From assembly GCA_026770705.1 (NCBI GenBank), contig JANJGN010000002.1:205158001-205222000 (forward strand): a DNA stretch of 64,000 nucleotides, read 5' to 3'. Source of the stretch: Isurus oxyrinchus (lineage: Eukaryota). Under the pieces are notes generated by a model, which saw nothing but the letters and a program-made list of their open reading frames with translations, was not told the DNA's origin and did not search any database. A program made the position numbers and the translations under genes. This document shows, in pieces, positions 1 through 13,229 of the stretch. Positions within the stretch are counted from its first letter, which is position 1; every line of letters begins with the position of its first letter.

Positions 1-319
1 CCCATCTTGATGACACTTGCACAGTCTGACATATACTAAACCCCACATGACACCCTCAAAAGGCCCCACATACCTGTTCCCCATCTAAAGGCTGCAGATG
101 CCTTTCCTGACTAACTGCGCCATCTGCGGCCTAGTATGATGCCAGATACCTCCCGGACCAATGGGTGTGATGTTACGACAATGCCCTGCGCACAATGTCC
201 AGGGTACGACTGAGACTGGACTGACATGCCCTTCCCCTGCCTGGACTGGGACAAGGACAGTCTTTACAAGCACAACATTGAAGCGCTTCTTCACTTAGCA
301 ATCCTCCCATTCTGGCCCA

Positions 320-900
320 AAGTCGCTTATATGGTTCTGTAACTGACTCTCTCCCCATCCTGGCCCTGAGGATGCTTCCCAACCGATCTTCTCCTGAGTG
401 TAACCTTCCCCACTGTAACCCCTGGTAGAGCCCTTGCCCTGCAGCCCCTTCCCTTGCTTCAGGCCACTTTCCCCCTTTCCCCAGCGGAGGTCTTACCCTG
501 CAGCACATTATAAGCCACCCTGCTGGTCTGGTAGGTAAAGAGTTGCCTCTGACCTCACCCCCCTGAAAGTGATGAGGTGCTGCCTGCGAAGCCTGGTGCT
601 GAGTCTGAGTTGCCACAAGCACTGTGTGATGCAAGGCAGGTGAACGATCCGCAAAGTCATGAGCAAAGTGCAAGTCGCCAAGTGAATGTCGCTTATACAC
701 CATTGTGAAACATATTGGTCTAATTGGATGCTGATGTGCCTTGTTGCTCCAGCATGGGGGGATGATTCTGGTGAGTAGCCCTCATAATGAGAAGCAAATA
801 TATTAAAATGACGTTCCTGACATGCCACGATGAGAAACACAGCCCACCATTGATGACTAGAGCGGCGATCCTGAACTGCTTTTACAATGGCAGTGAACTT
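320..900. repeat. Unclassified dispersed repeat, copy 1 (may extend to the window start)
   Basis: Co-linear similarity with 13250-13800, e.g. ctgagtg.aaccttccccact, gccctgcagcccctt, gtgcaagtcgcc, ggggggatgattc, ataatgaga.gcaaat.tattaaaatga. Confidence 0.8.
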
Positions 901-1089
901 ATTTTTCCAGTCACAGGATATTTTGCGCCCCTGTTCGCCAAAACACCCGCCACAGTCTCCCCCTTTCCAGACAGAAGAGACCCAGCCTGCTCAATCTTTC
1001 CCAGTAGTTCCATTATCTCAATTCAGAAGACAACCTTGTAAATCTTACCTGCACTTTCTCATATGGTTCAATATCCTTTTCTGCTGTGG

Positions 1090-1675
1090 ATACTCTCTCA
1101 TCCATGCATTTGTTGCTGTCAGACTTGGCTATTCCAAAGCACTGCTGGCAAGCCACTCATATTCTTGCCTTTGTAAATGTGAACTCATTCAAAACTCTAT
1201 CGCCCATGTCCTAACCCGCATTAAGTCTCATTCACCCACCACTCCTGTGATCACGGACCTACTTTGGCTCCTGGCTAAGCAACACCTTGATTTTAAAATT
1301 TTCATTCTTGTTTTTAAATCCCTGCATGGTCTCACCCCTCCCTATCTCTAATCTGTTCCAGCTCCAGAACACTCCGAGACATCGACACTGCTCCAATTCT
1401 GACCTATTGAGTATCTGCTTTTTTAATGAATACTCTATCAGTGGCCGTACCATCAGCTGCCAAAGTCCAAAGCTCTGGAATTCCTATTTAAACCTCTCTA
1501 CTTCTCTTTCCACTTTTAAATTGCTCCTTAAAACCTACATCTTTGACCGATCTTTGTCAGCTGCCTTAATATCTCCTTACATGGTTAAATTTTGTTTTAT
1601 AATACTCTTGTGAAGCGCCATGGGATGTTTTATTAAATTAAGGTACCATATAATTGCAATTTTCTGGTGTTGTTG
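1090..1675 (+). mobile_element. L2 LINE 3' fragment
   Basis: LIHAFVAVRLGYSKALLA...HSPTTPVITDLLWL...QHLDFKIFILVFKSLHGLTPPYL, typical of the L2 ORF2 C-terminus. Tail ends in (TGT)n-like sequence. Confidence 0.88.
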
Positions 1676-2084
1676 GTTTTGTGGTGCTCCAGTGTGTACA
1701 GTACTCCAAGTGTGGCCTGACCAAGGTCCTATTTAAATTTAACATTATCTCCCTGCTTTTGCAATATATTCGTCTAGAAATGAACCTTAGTATATCATTT
1801 GCACTCTTTATGTCCTCATCAACTTGAAGTGTTACTTCTAGTGTTTTTTTAATCTACTCCCAGATCTCTGTGCTTATATGTGCCATTTAGCTTCCTACCT
1901 TCAATAAAAAAGCATTTCCGTATTCCTCAAACAAAATGAACCATCTCACATCACTATATTGAACTTCATTTGCTATTTATCCACCGACACTGCATCCCAT
2001 TTATACCTTCCTGTATATTGGTGCCATCCTTCACATTGTTAGCTATGCCCTTGTTTTGGTATTATCCGCACATTTTGGTTCTTT

Positions 2085-4230
2085 GGCCAGAATTTTTCAC
2101 AAAGGCAAGGCCCAGGAAGTAGGAGCGGATTTCACAAATGTCAGGCAGTTAACAGCCTAAGATTGTGACTTCTGACCCCATGTTGGGGGATGTCCCATTT
2201 CCAAAGACTGCCAGCCACATGACCAGAAGCACTTCAGTCCCAGCAGTGGTGCTGGGAACAGTGGCCGCTGCTGGAACCACAGTCAGTTTCTGACAAGGAG
2301 CCATGGAGGAGGCTGGATAATGATGTAAGTCAAAGTGACTTCATGGGGCTAGCCGAGCAAGCCTCAGCAAGAGTGGGTGGGGGGTGGGGGGAGGAGGGAG
2401 GACTACAATTGCGAGGTCAAGGTTGGGTGGAAAAATGGGGAGGCCCATTTCTGTTGAGCAGGTCTCCATTGGGCGCAGATTGCCCAAATAGGAGGACACC
2501 TCCCCTGAGCCTGTATACAGATCGCCTGGGTTTATCTGGCAGCCTTGCCATATATTTTTCTTACTCATTCATGCAATGTGGACATCACTGGCTAGGTCAG
2601 CATTTATTGCCCATCCCTAATTGCCCTTGAGAAGGTGGAGGTGAGCTGCCTTCTTGAACCTCTGCAGTCCATGTAGTGTAGGTGCACCCACAGTGCAGGA
2701 AGGAAGGGAGTTCCAGGATTTAGACCCAGCGACAGTGAAGGAACAACAATATATTTCCAAGTCAGGAAGGTGAATGGCTTGGAGGGAACTTTCCAGGTGG
2801 TGGTTTTCCCATCTGTCTGCTGTCCTTGTCCTTTAGATGGTAGTGGTTGTGGGTTTGCAAGGTGCTGTCTAAGCAGCCGTGGTGAGTTCCTGCAGTGCAT
2901 CTTGTAGATGCCACTGTTGTCACTATGCGTTGGTGGTGCAGGGGGTGAATGTTTGTGGATGGGATGCCAATCAAGTGGGCTGTTTTGTCCTGGATGATGT
3001 CAAGCTTCTTGAGTGTTGTTGGAACTGCACTAATCCAGGCAAGTGGAGAGTATTCCATCAGATTCCTGACCTGTGCCTTGTAGATGGCGGACAGGTTTTG
3101 GGGAGTCAGAAGATGAGTTACTCATCCCAAGATTCCTAGCCTCCGATCTGCTCTTGTAGCCACAGTATTTATATGGCTAGTCCAATTCAGTTTCTGGTCA
3201 ATGGTAACCCTCAGGATGTTGATAGTGGGGGATTCAGTGATAGTAATGCCATTGACTGTCAAGGGGCAATGGTTAAATTCTCTCTTGTTGCAGATAGTCA
3301 TTGCCTGGCACATGTGTGGCACAAATGTTACTTGTCACTTGTTAGCTCAAGCCTGGATATCATCCAGGTTTTGCTCCATTTGGACATGGACTGCTTCAGT
3401 ATTTGAGGAGTTGAGAATGGTGATGAACATTGTGCAATCATCAGCAAACATCCCCACTTCCGACCTTATGATGGAAGGAAGGCCATTGATGAAGCAGCTG
3501 ATATGGCTGGGCCTAGGACACTACCCTGAGGAGCTCCTGCAGTGAAGTCCTAGAACTGAAATGATTGACCTCCAACAACTACAACCATCACCCTTTGTAC
3601 CAGGTATGACTCCAACCAGCAGAGAATTTCCCCCATGATTCCCATTGACTCCAGTTTTGCTCGGGCTCCTTGATGCCACACTTGGTCAAATGCTGCCTTA
3701 ATGTCAAGGGCAGTCACTCTCACCTCACCTCTGGAGTTCAGCTCTTTTGTCCATGTTTGAACCAAGGCTGTAATGAGGTCAGGAGCTCGGTGACCCTGCA
3801 GAGCCCAAACTGATCATCAGCGAGCAGGTTATTGCTAAACAAATGCCGCTTGATAACACTGTTGATGGCCCCTTCCATCACTTTACTAATGATCAAGAGT
3901 AGACTAAGGGGGCAGTAATTGATCAGGTTGGATTTGTCCTGCTTTTTGTGTACAGGACATACCTGAGCAATTTTCCACATTGCTGAGTGGATGCCAGTGT
4001 AGTAGCTGAACTGGAAGAGCTTGGCTAAGGGAGCTGCAAGTTCTGGAGCGCACATTTTCAGTATTATTGCCAGAATATTGTCAGGGCCCATAGACCTGCC
4101 AACCTGGTATGGGCAGCCCTGCCATTGGCAAAATACCAGCAGCAGTGGGAGGAGGCCCTTAAGTGGCAAGTCACCCAACTGTTACCCCACCACTGGTAAT
4201 ATTCCTAGGGGGTAGCATAAGATTCTGACC
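2085..4230. mobile_element. Non-autonomous TIR (MITE-like) element interrupted by a LINE
   Basis: Imperfect inverted termini GGCCAGAATTT (2085) and AGATTCTGACC (4220-4230), located where the old CR1 breaks and resumes. Confidence 0.6.
2556..4092 (-). mobile_element. 5'-truncated CR1/L2-group LINE (second family) with RT remnants and 3'UTR
   Basis: GPDNILAIILKMCAPELAAPLAKLFQ...NYCPLSLL; VRVTALDIKAAFDQVWHQG; TIDQKLNWTSHI; MEYSPLAW. 3' tail AATAAATGCTG...ATGAATGA. Confidence 0.93.
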
Positions 4231-4596
4231 CAAAACTCAAATTTCTGAGTCCACATTTAATAGTATGGTGAATTGCTGTGGTTCCAGCATTGATTCTTGC
4301 AGAACATCACTTCCCATTTTCTTCAAGTCCAAGAAACCTCCTTTAACCACTGATCTCTGTTTTCTGTTTTGTAGTCATATTTTAAATAATACTGATACCT
4401 CTCCTTCAACTCCAAATTCCCTGACCTTTGTCATGAGTGTCTTAACTGACATCTTATCAAAGACCTTCTGAAAGGCTATGCATACCACATCTATTAACTT
4501 GCCCTTGTCTACACTTTCTAATTTTTCTTTATAGAATTAAATAAAGTTGGAATAACATAACCTTCCTTTCAGAAATCCATTGTTATTATTATATTA

Positions 4597-4970
4597 TATT
4601 ACAGAATCACAGAATCACACAGTGCAGAAAAGGCCCTTCGGCCCATCGAGTCTGCACCGACACGTGAGGAACGCACAACCTACCTACCTAATCCCATTTA
4701 CCAGCATTTGGCCCATAGCCTTGAATGTTATGACATGCCAAGTGCTCATCCAGGTACTTTTTAAAGGATGTGAGGCAACCCGCCTCCACCACCCTCCCAG
4801 GCAGTGCATTCCAGAACGTCACCACCCTCTGGGTAAAAAAGTTTTTCCTCACGTCCTCCCTAAACATCTTAACCCTCACCTTGAACTTATGTCCCCTCGT
4901 GACTGACCCTTCAACAAGGGAAACAGCTGCTCCCTATCCACCCTGTCCTCATAATCTTGTACACCTTGTG
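4597..4970 (-). mobile_element. Young CR1 3'-end fragment
   Basis: FREDVRKNFFTQRVVTFWNALPGRVVEA..SFKKYLD. (GATTCTGT)n tail. TTATTATTATATT on both flanks as a possible TSD. Confidence 0.92.
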
Positions 4971-6576
4971 TATTATTATTATTATTATATTCTCCATCTT
5001 TAGATTTTTGGTCATCCTATTTTTTAGATTCTAATATGTTTTCTACCACTGATGTTAGCTAACTGGTTTATAGTTCTATTTTACCTTTTGAGGAATGGGG
5101 GTATGATTACAGTTCACCAGTCTTCTGGTAATATCCTTTTCCTATTGAATTTTTAAAGATGGATACCAGTGTTTCTGCTATCTCCTCTGTAGCTTCTTTG
5201 AATTCCTGCAGGTGCAGTCCATTTGAACATGGGGTTCTGGCCTTAAGTTTGGCTGATTTGTCAAGTATCTCCTTTCTTTCCATCTTAACTGTTGTAATAT
5301 TCATTTGGCTTCTCTCTCTGTGTTACCTTCTTTTGTAAACTGAGGCAAAGCACCTATTCCATCTTCCAGCTATTTCTGTATCATCTTGCATGAGTTTATC
5401 TTGCTTGCCCCTTAGTGAACTTATCTAAACTTTTTTTATTGAGAAATAGAAAACGTGCATTTTTGCATTTTGAAAGCTGAAAAAAACTTTTAGCAATAAA
5501 ATAGTCACAATAATAATAAATCACAATAAATGTGATTGGTTCAATATGTTATGTATACATGCACATTCATATGTCCAACTTGGTATTCTTGTTTCTTTAT
5601 TTGAAAGTTTATGAAATAAGGAAAACATTTTTATGAGGTATAATGGATGCTTTCAACTTATTATCATCTCTTCTATCATTATTTTCTAAACTCCAAATTA
5701 TTTGAGCAAATTCCTAATAATTTAGTCATCAGATGGGAGAAGCAAACTTACAGCACTTTCCTGTAGGAAATATCTGAGATTAAATTCTTCAAGGGAAAAT
5801 TAAGTGAACATTTGAAGTACAGGAAGATACTGGACAATGGAGAGGGTGCAGGACAGCGGAATTAGTTTTGGATTGCTCTAGCTAAAGGCACGGTGCATGG
5901 TGTTCTGTGATGTGTCATTCAATAGGGCCAACTTTGACAGCAACCATCCATACAAATTGCCAATATTGATCTACAACTTTCAATGGGTCATGTGGGCTGC
6001 AGTGTTTATGTAGATACTTCAGCCACTGACGTCTTGTTTGGGATGTTAGAAGGGGGGGTCTGAGCACCTGCTTGTTTCAGAAAGGGAGACACTTTTAACA
6101 TACAAATCAAGGTGCTATGACATGCATAGTACTCAGGAAGTAATTTTGAGGTACAAATAGGTGGAACATGGACTGTGCATGTTCTGGCAATTTGCATAGC
6201 ATTGAGCAACCTAACCAGTGGTTCTTAAAAGGTTCACTCAAATAATGGCCCAAAACCATTTTCATCTTTTAATTTTGTGGGGCCTGGAGGAGCATGATTA
6301 CTCCTGGTCCCATAAAGCTGCTCCAGCCTATTGCTGTCCAATGATTGTCTCCAGTATTGGATAGTTTCCTGGTTCCGACATGGGACTGGCTGATTTCCCA
6401 CCCTCTCCAACCAGTGAACTGCAATGGAGCACCAGTTTTATGTGCAGAGGATGCCACGTTGATCAAATGAGGACTTCAAAATGGCCTCGGACTCATGGCA
6501 TTTCCCACTGATCAACCATTTTGGGCCAAAAGATGAATTGAAGGGTTTTTTTTCCCAATGTTCTCAAAACAATACG

Positions 6577-6715
6577 ATGAAAGCAAAATGCTGCAGATGC
6601 TGGAAATCTGAAATAAAAACAGAAAATGCTGGAAAAACTCAGCAGGTCTGGCAGCCTCTGTGGAGAGAGAAACAGAGTTTACGTTTTGAGTCCATATGTC
6701 TCTTCTTCGGAGCTT
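6577..6715 (+). repeat. Short elasmobranch-type repeat (probably a Penelope-derived terminal fragment)
   Basis: tgctgcagatgctggaaatctgaaataaaaacagaaaatgctggaaaaactcagcaggtctggcagc. A degraded related copy lies at 33250-33410. Confidence 0.65.
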
Positions 6716-6749
6716 TTTTTGTCCTCAAAACAATAGTTTGCCTTCGTAT

Positions 6750-7800
6750 AATACCTCTAATGTAATTAAGCATCCTGAGGTACCTCTCATAGATCAGATG
6801 GCAGGCGACTTAGAACAACTTGCCCTGAAGTAATAGTGAAAACATAGGCTTGCAGAGAGGGAAGTAATGAAGCAATGAGGTTCGGGAAGGAAATTCAAGA
6901 GGCTAAGTGCATGGATAGCTAAAAGGTCTGACACCAAAAGAGGAACACCAAAAGGGACAAGATCCACAGGAGACAAGAATCAGAGGACCGTGCAACATGG
7001 ACTAGGACATAGGTCTGCAACAGGTCTCGGGGCAGAGTGGAACAAATCCTCTATGGTGTGTGTAAACAAGAACAAGGATTTTGAATTTGGTATTTTGGAA
7101 GTCAGGGTGCTAAGGTTAATGATAATAAGGATTATGAGGAATCACAACTTTGTGTAAAACAAGATCTCCACAGTAATTTGGAGTTTGTAGGGCAAAATGC
7201 AAGGGATTATTGAGAAATCCAAAGTGAAGGTGGGATAGTGGGAAGGTGGACAATATTGCAGATATGGAAGTATGCAATGGATATGACTTGGAGTTTGAAG
7301 CTCAGCAATGGGTCAAACTTGGAAGTCAAAACCAAGTAGCGCACAACCAGTCTGAGCAACAAGGAAGTGGTAGACGGAGGGAAGCAAAGATGTGGAAACA
7401 AGGTTGGGTGCTAAATGAGAGGGCCTTGGATTGCCCAATGTTCAACTGGAGAAAATTATGGTTCACCCACAACTTGACATCAGATGAGATGTCTGACAAA
7501 ACAAAAATAGTCATGGAATTGAGCATGCTGGTGAAGAAGTGGAATGTGGTGTCTTCACCAAAAACATCAAAATTCACTCCATGTCTGCTGATACTATCTC
7601 CAAGGGCAGTGTGTAATAGAGGAAAAATAAGGAGCATTGGGTATTCTAGTGGTGACAATGTGGAAATAGGAAGAATAACCATTACTGGAGATGTGTTGGC
7701 TCTATTCAGGAACAAAGGAATGGACTAGATTGGAGATCTTCCAGAGGTGAGCCAAAGAGAAGAGATAGTGATTTAGGATAGGATGGTCAACTATCCTGCA
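6750..7800 (-). mobile_element. Decayed L2 LINE RT fragment
   Basis: LGDSISRHGVNFDVFGEDTT...LSDISSDVKLWVNHNFLQLNIGQSKAL, a degenerate form of YADDTQ...WM..NFLQLN. Confidence 0.8.
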
Positions 7801-9675
7801 TGTCATGCAAGAGCAGAAGAGGGAAGACATGCAATTGCTGCAGTCACAGATGACATACAAGAAATGCTTAAAGATTTCCAAGTCCTACATTGGTGGTGTG
7901 CCATTGTTTTGTATATGATTTGGCCATGAAAAAGGTGACCAATTTGGATGTAAGCATGGATGAATTACATATCTTTTTGTACAGTAAGCTAAAGAAACGT
8001 TTCCAATCCCTGCGTTTGCCCAAGATTACCTTTTAAACTCAGGCCCAGACCAACCTGGGGACATGTGAAGTAAATGAACTTGATAATAAAGCTTATTATT
8101 TAATCATACCTTTGAGATTATGGTGATCACCACCCTGAATCTAAAGCTAGTTGACTTCCCTTAGTCACAGTAAGTTTTTCACTACCAGTGGGAGAAATTT
8201 CAGGTAAAAAAATCTGCTTTGAAAAATAGCACAAAGTATCAGCATATATTCTAATATATTTTTCCTTTGCCTTTTTTTGAAGCATCTACTGGTACAGATA
8301 TATTAGAAATCATTAGCTAGGTGCAGTCAAAGCAATTAGATAGGTTTTTTCCCATACTGATGCCTCTTAGAAGTGTTATTGTTTCATAAATCAGCAGGAA
8401 ATTAAGTGGTGAATTTGTATGAACTTTTTAATGCTTCTAGTTTGTTTTATAAATAAAGTATCTGATAAAGAGGAACTAGTATATTTAAAAGAGAGTGGGC
8501 AGGGAGAACTTCAAGAGAAAGAATATTAATACTGGTCAACTATTTACTAAGACTCCCAGACTGATATTGACTATAGTGGTCTTGATACTATGGGTAAGAT
8601 GGAAACTAGGCTGTAGGAATTGAAGAGGGAATTTTTCGTGAGATCAGAATAAAGCCTGTATTTATAAAGACCAGAATCCCTTGTGCTTTTTTAAACAGTC
8701 TTCTCAATATGTCCTGCCACCATCAAAGATTTCAGTATATAAACCCCCAAGTCTCTCTATTCTTGCACTTTTAAAATTGCATCATTTGTCTATATTGCCT
8801 CTCTTCATTCTTCCTTCACAAATCTTAGTGCAGTCTATATAAATTAGTATTTGGAGAGGTTATTTTCACACCCCTGAATGGAAAGGTTCTGATGAATACA
8901 TGTACCAAGGAGAGGGAAATTGTGTATAAGTTATGTAAAATTTTACATTACATCTCCAATTTCTAGTTTTAGTGGAATCTGTATTAAATTTTCATAATCC
9001 ATTCAAAAACTCATCCCTTAAGCATTATGTAATTCATGAATATTAATACTTTGATAATTAATGTGGCTATATTGTGCAATCATGGTTCTTCAATGTTGGA
9101 ATGGGGGCGCGAGCTGATTAAAGTCGAAAGCTTTGATCAGCTGAAGTTGCCCGATACCAGTAGCAGCCTCACACTGAAGCCATTAATGGAGACTCCTGAC
9201 ACTTATACCACTTGAATTGTTTTCAGAGCACAGATCGCTACCAGTTTAAATCACTAGATTTTTGTTAACAATCTACCAATACAAGTTTAATGTGAAGTTA
9301 TCACTTGTGCCATTTTGAGTGGTAGCAAAAGTAATAGTAGGTCACATTAAAAGTTTTTTCATGGACAACAATCAGCACATTCATACTCTAAAACATAAGC
9401 AGAGAGAGAAAGGCAATAAACATCAAAAATACAGGTCATTTATTACTTTGGGAAAATCTGTTTCTTCAGAGATTTTGGCAGAGTGGGCTGGTTGGAAGTC
9501 TTAAGCAGCCCAAGAAGCGATATATTTTCCAGTTAATTGTCAGCGGAGTTAGTAAAACGATGGTATCCAATTAAAAGCCAATAGTAATAATAGAGCTCCA
9601 TGTCAGTAACCAAAATGTTTTACTATCCAGAACAGATTGATTGGTAGTGACTAATATTATTACTGTATAAATATA

Positions 9676-10428
9676 GGGGTCAAAATTTGCTGTTTTGATA
9701 ACGAAAACCTTCATGGCACATGCTATTATCAAGATGTAAATAGTTCTGCAACCTGTGGCTAGAAGAGATACCCTGGTAATCACAAATTGCCACAAGTTGC
9801 TGGGTGATTTGCGCCATTCCACCATTAGTTATGCACAAAAAACATCTTGCTGTAAACCTCCCTGTTACTTTTAATAACTTGCTGGATTAGCATATTAATT
9901 ATCCACTGAACTCAAAGACCGAAAAATCTAGTAAATTAGTAGTGCAAGCATTCTTTTAACAATGTGATAATGGTTCATGATTGCCAATCAAACTCACTGG
10001 CTCAGAAAATGAGCAACTTAAACTCTGGACTGTTAATTATTCAAGTAGTGAATTGTTGTTGTAGGTTTTTAAAATATCAATTTTTTTTAGATCCTTACTT
10101 TTCCTTTCTTATTTTTATGTTGCTCTTAATCCAATCTTTCTTTCTCTCTCTTTATTTCTCCTTCTGTACCTGATTTGTCTAATTCACCCATTGTTTCAGC
10201 TATTTATTTTTTTAATTCTCAATCATTAAATCTCATTGATTAAAGAGTTACACTGTTGGTCCCCCCATTCACCAAGGTCTAAAGTGGTCCATTACCCCCA
10301 ACATGTCACTATCAGCTCACACTTCCAGAAAGTTAGGGCACAAATTAAATCTTGAGGCAAAGGATGCAGGAAAACGTCTAACTAATGGCATCTACAAAAA
10401 GATACACCATTGCAGCAAATTCTGGCCA
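9676..10428. mobile_element. MITE-like element with terminal inverted repeats
   Basis: GGTCAAAATTTGCTG (9678-9692) versus CAGCAAATTCTGGCC (10413-10427), 13 of 15 complementary. Same terminus type as the 2085-4230 element. Confidence 0.6.
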
Positions 10429-10689
10429 ATAGTTTGCTTTAAAATCACATTTGGTATTTGATGTACTTTGTTCATATATCCTGCACATCAATCTACTATG
10501 ATTCATGCCTGAAAGTAACTTTCAATTCAATTTCAATGTTCAACACAGATGGAATATTCAAGTTTAATGCACTTTTACATTTGTATCCCTGTTCTTCTGG
10601 GAATAGAACTTCTGGAACGGTTAAAGGCAAAACCAAAATGGAAAATGATGAGATCACGTGGAAGTCCTATACCATCGGGAATATTGATC

Positions 10690-11300
10690 CATAAAATATG
10701 TAGAGAAGCAGAGAAATAGGCCATTTGGCCTAACCATTCCAATCCAACTGAAACACGAACTTTCTTTCCAATTCTTTACCCTCCACGGAGAATATCCTTC
10801 ATAAGACATGAGTCATAGGAACATAGAATAGAATAGCACAGAAGGAGACTATTTGGCTCATCGAATATGGGTTCACTCTTTCAAAGAGCAAGCCAGTTAG
10901 TCCCATATCCCCAGTCCATCCTCATATCCCTGCAATGTTTTCTCCTTCAAGTAGTTTTCCAATTATTTTTTGTAAGGGTGGGATTTTCCCTGCATTGCAC
11001 TAAGTGCAGGAACGGGTGTGAAACTAGCATTTCCCGTCAGCTGCAATGGTGGGTTTTCGTGCCATATTGTCCATTTCCTGCCTCATTAATTATGCATGCA
11101 TGGAAAACACGCTGGATCGCTGGCAGGCAGTTAAATGTCAAAGGCAGAAGGTTGGGTTTTCTCTTGCTGCAGATGGTCATTGCTCTGCATTTGTGTGGCA
11201 TGAATGTTACTTTCCCAAGTAAGGCCAAATCTGAATGTTGCCCAGGTCTTGCTGCATGCTGGCTTCATTATCTGAGGAATTGTGAATGGAACTGTAATTG
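10690..11300 (-). mobile_element. Cluster of short repeat fragments (CR1 3' tails, TIR-element end, LINE fragment)
   Basis: catagaatagaatagcacagaaggag CR1 tail; gggtgggattttcc terminus; 11130-11300 matches 3255-3420 (KVTFMPHKCRAMTI). Confidence 0.7.
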
Positions 11301-11686
11301 AATGCCAATAAAATCCAAATTTAGATAACATTCCAAAATTTGTCAACAATCTATTGGAAATAATTAGTTGGCAAAATAGGGTGTGACTAGCTCTGTTCCC
11401 CTCACCTCTGGTAGTTTACAAACAGTTTAGACTAATGGAAATACAAACCTTGTCTCCTTGCATAGTGATTGAGTACAAGTGAAATGAGTTTTGGATGTTT
11501 TAACTCAGGTTCCAACAGGCCATAGCTAAGACTGATAACAGCTGCAATATCTCACCTCCAGAGTGCAAGTGAAATTCAATTAAGCATTAGATCCATAGAA
11601 AGATAAATGTTGATTTATAATCACTGGCTTTCTTCTACTCAAAATAAAACTTTGAGGGGCCTACCATTAACTTATATCCTAGGTTA

Positions 11687-12749
11687 TGTTATGACCGGTC
11701 CCCCGGCAATGTTCCCCTAAATTGTTATGCTCTTGGGTGAGAAGGGATGAACTGGCTCCCCTTCTTTATTCAACCCCCTCGGTTGGTCACAACAAGGTTA
11801 CTTTAAAAAGGATCCTAGCCTAAATGTATTTATGTTTTAAAAGGAGCAATTTTAACCTGGCTTTCTTGAGTCAAAGAAAGAGTGAGTTTATTAGTTACTA
11901 AAACGTGAGAAAAAAATTATAAAAGCGCAACACATATACACACAGATTAGACATGAGAAGTAAGTCCAGAAATAAAGGTTAAAAAAAGGTATACAAGTCA
12001 GTCTTTTGGCTTGTTTGTGAGGATTAGATGGTGAAACATTGCAGCCCTTAACTTGGGTGATTCCGGTAGAGCTGACTTTGACAGTTGAGCAATTGATTTG
12101 AAGATTCTTGGTTCTGCAGGTTAGCTGAAAGGAGTTGTACTGTTTTCTTTGTGACTGTGGCTTTGCTGACTTGCCTCCTGCAATCAGAGAGAGAGGACTT
12201 TTTTATCTGCAAGCGCAGGGATGCCTAGCTAATGTTCTTCAGCTGTGACCTTCACAGCACACCTTTGCACAGCAGGCCTGGAACACCAAAACTAGCACAC
12301 AAAACTAGCGTTGAAGTTGGCTTTTTAGCCCCTTTCTTGGTGTATTCCTGGAATGGAGAAAACAAACATGTCTTTTGCCCAGATCTGCTTTCTTTTCAAC
12401 TCACATCATGCCACAATCTAGGATATAACTCACAAGAGATGGTTCCTGCTGAGATGGTTATCAACCTTCATTATCTCCGCAACCACAGGAGATCACAATT
12501 CAGTTTTTGCATTGCATCTGTTCCTTTGAAGTGTCTGTGCCTGAAGTAGGCCTTGACACCTTTTTAGGTGCGACATTCTATTCTTTGGACTAATTGGTCA
12601 AGTGTAATCCATATTGAAAATTTCCAGCAAGTGGTTACTTTACATTCTCAGACAGCTTTTGTTTGTATGTCCCTTTTTAAAAAAAACGTCTTATTTAAAA
12701 GTTCAATACGTCTATAAGTAATTCGAGGATATGATAAGTGGTCATGACA
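11687..12749 (-). mobile_element. Solo LTR (Gypsy-like), 1063 bp
   Basis: Termini TGTTATGACC...GGTCATGACA (TG..CA, inverted ends). 4-bp TSD GTTA at 11683-11686 and 12750-12753. AATAAA on minus strand near 11765. No ORF. Confidence 0.82.
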
Positions 12750-13229
12750 GTTATGGCACAGAGATGTAAAATCACCAGATTAGCAGCAGTGAATGTGTAA
12801 TTATATAAATTACATGTAATGATGTAATAGGCTATTCAAAAGGATATGACAAAGCTGGTGCAGGACAATCATGTCTTGCATATCAACAGAAATGTCCTGT
12901 ATACTCTTGTCTGTTGCCTGTATTTGTATCATATGGTCTTTGGTGTGTCATCCTTTTGTGCTCATCATGGTGAAGAATGTTAATGTTGAAGACTGGATTA
13001 CTGTTCTACTTCTCGCACCAAGTGGAAATTACTCCCATGTCAAGATTGTGTTAAAACTAGCAAGGAGTTCTCATTCCCTTCTGTCCCAACAAGCCCAACT
13101 TCACGAAACACCATTTGGCCTCACAGAACTTTCCATCCACCCCTTGTATTTCTTGACGCTATTGTGTTTCTGATAAATGTCTGTTTGTTAGCCCCTGAAC
13201 ATTTTGAAGTGCATGTGCCTATCGCCAGT

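Larger units (their letters stand above)
1685..5420 (-). mobile_element. Old CR1 LINE RT region split into three pieces (about 1685-2084, 4231-4580, 4995-5420) by nested insertions
   Basis: Degenerate motifs in order on the minus strand: NGLHLQEFKEATEEIAETLVSIF, YKPVS.TSVV, DVLQESMLEPQQFTI (VPQGSVLGP-like), CADNTK (FADDTK-like), then the LVRPHLEY region. Confidence 0.8.
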
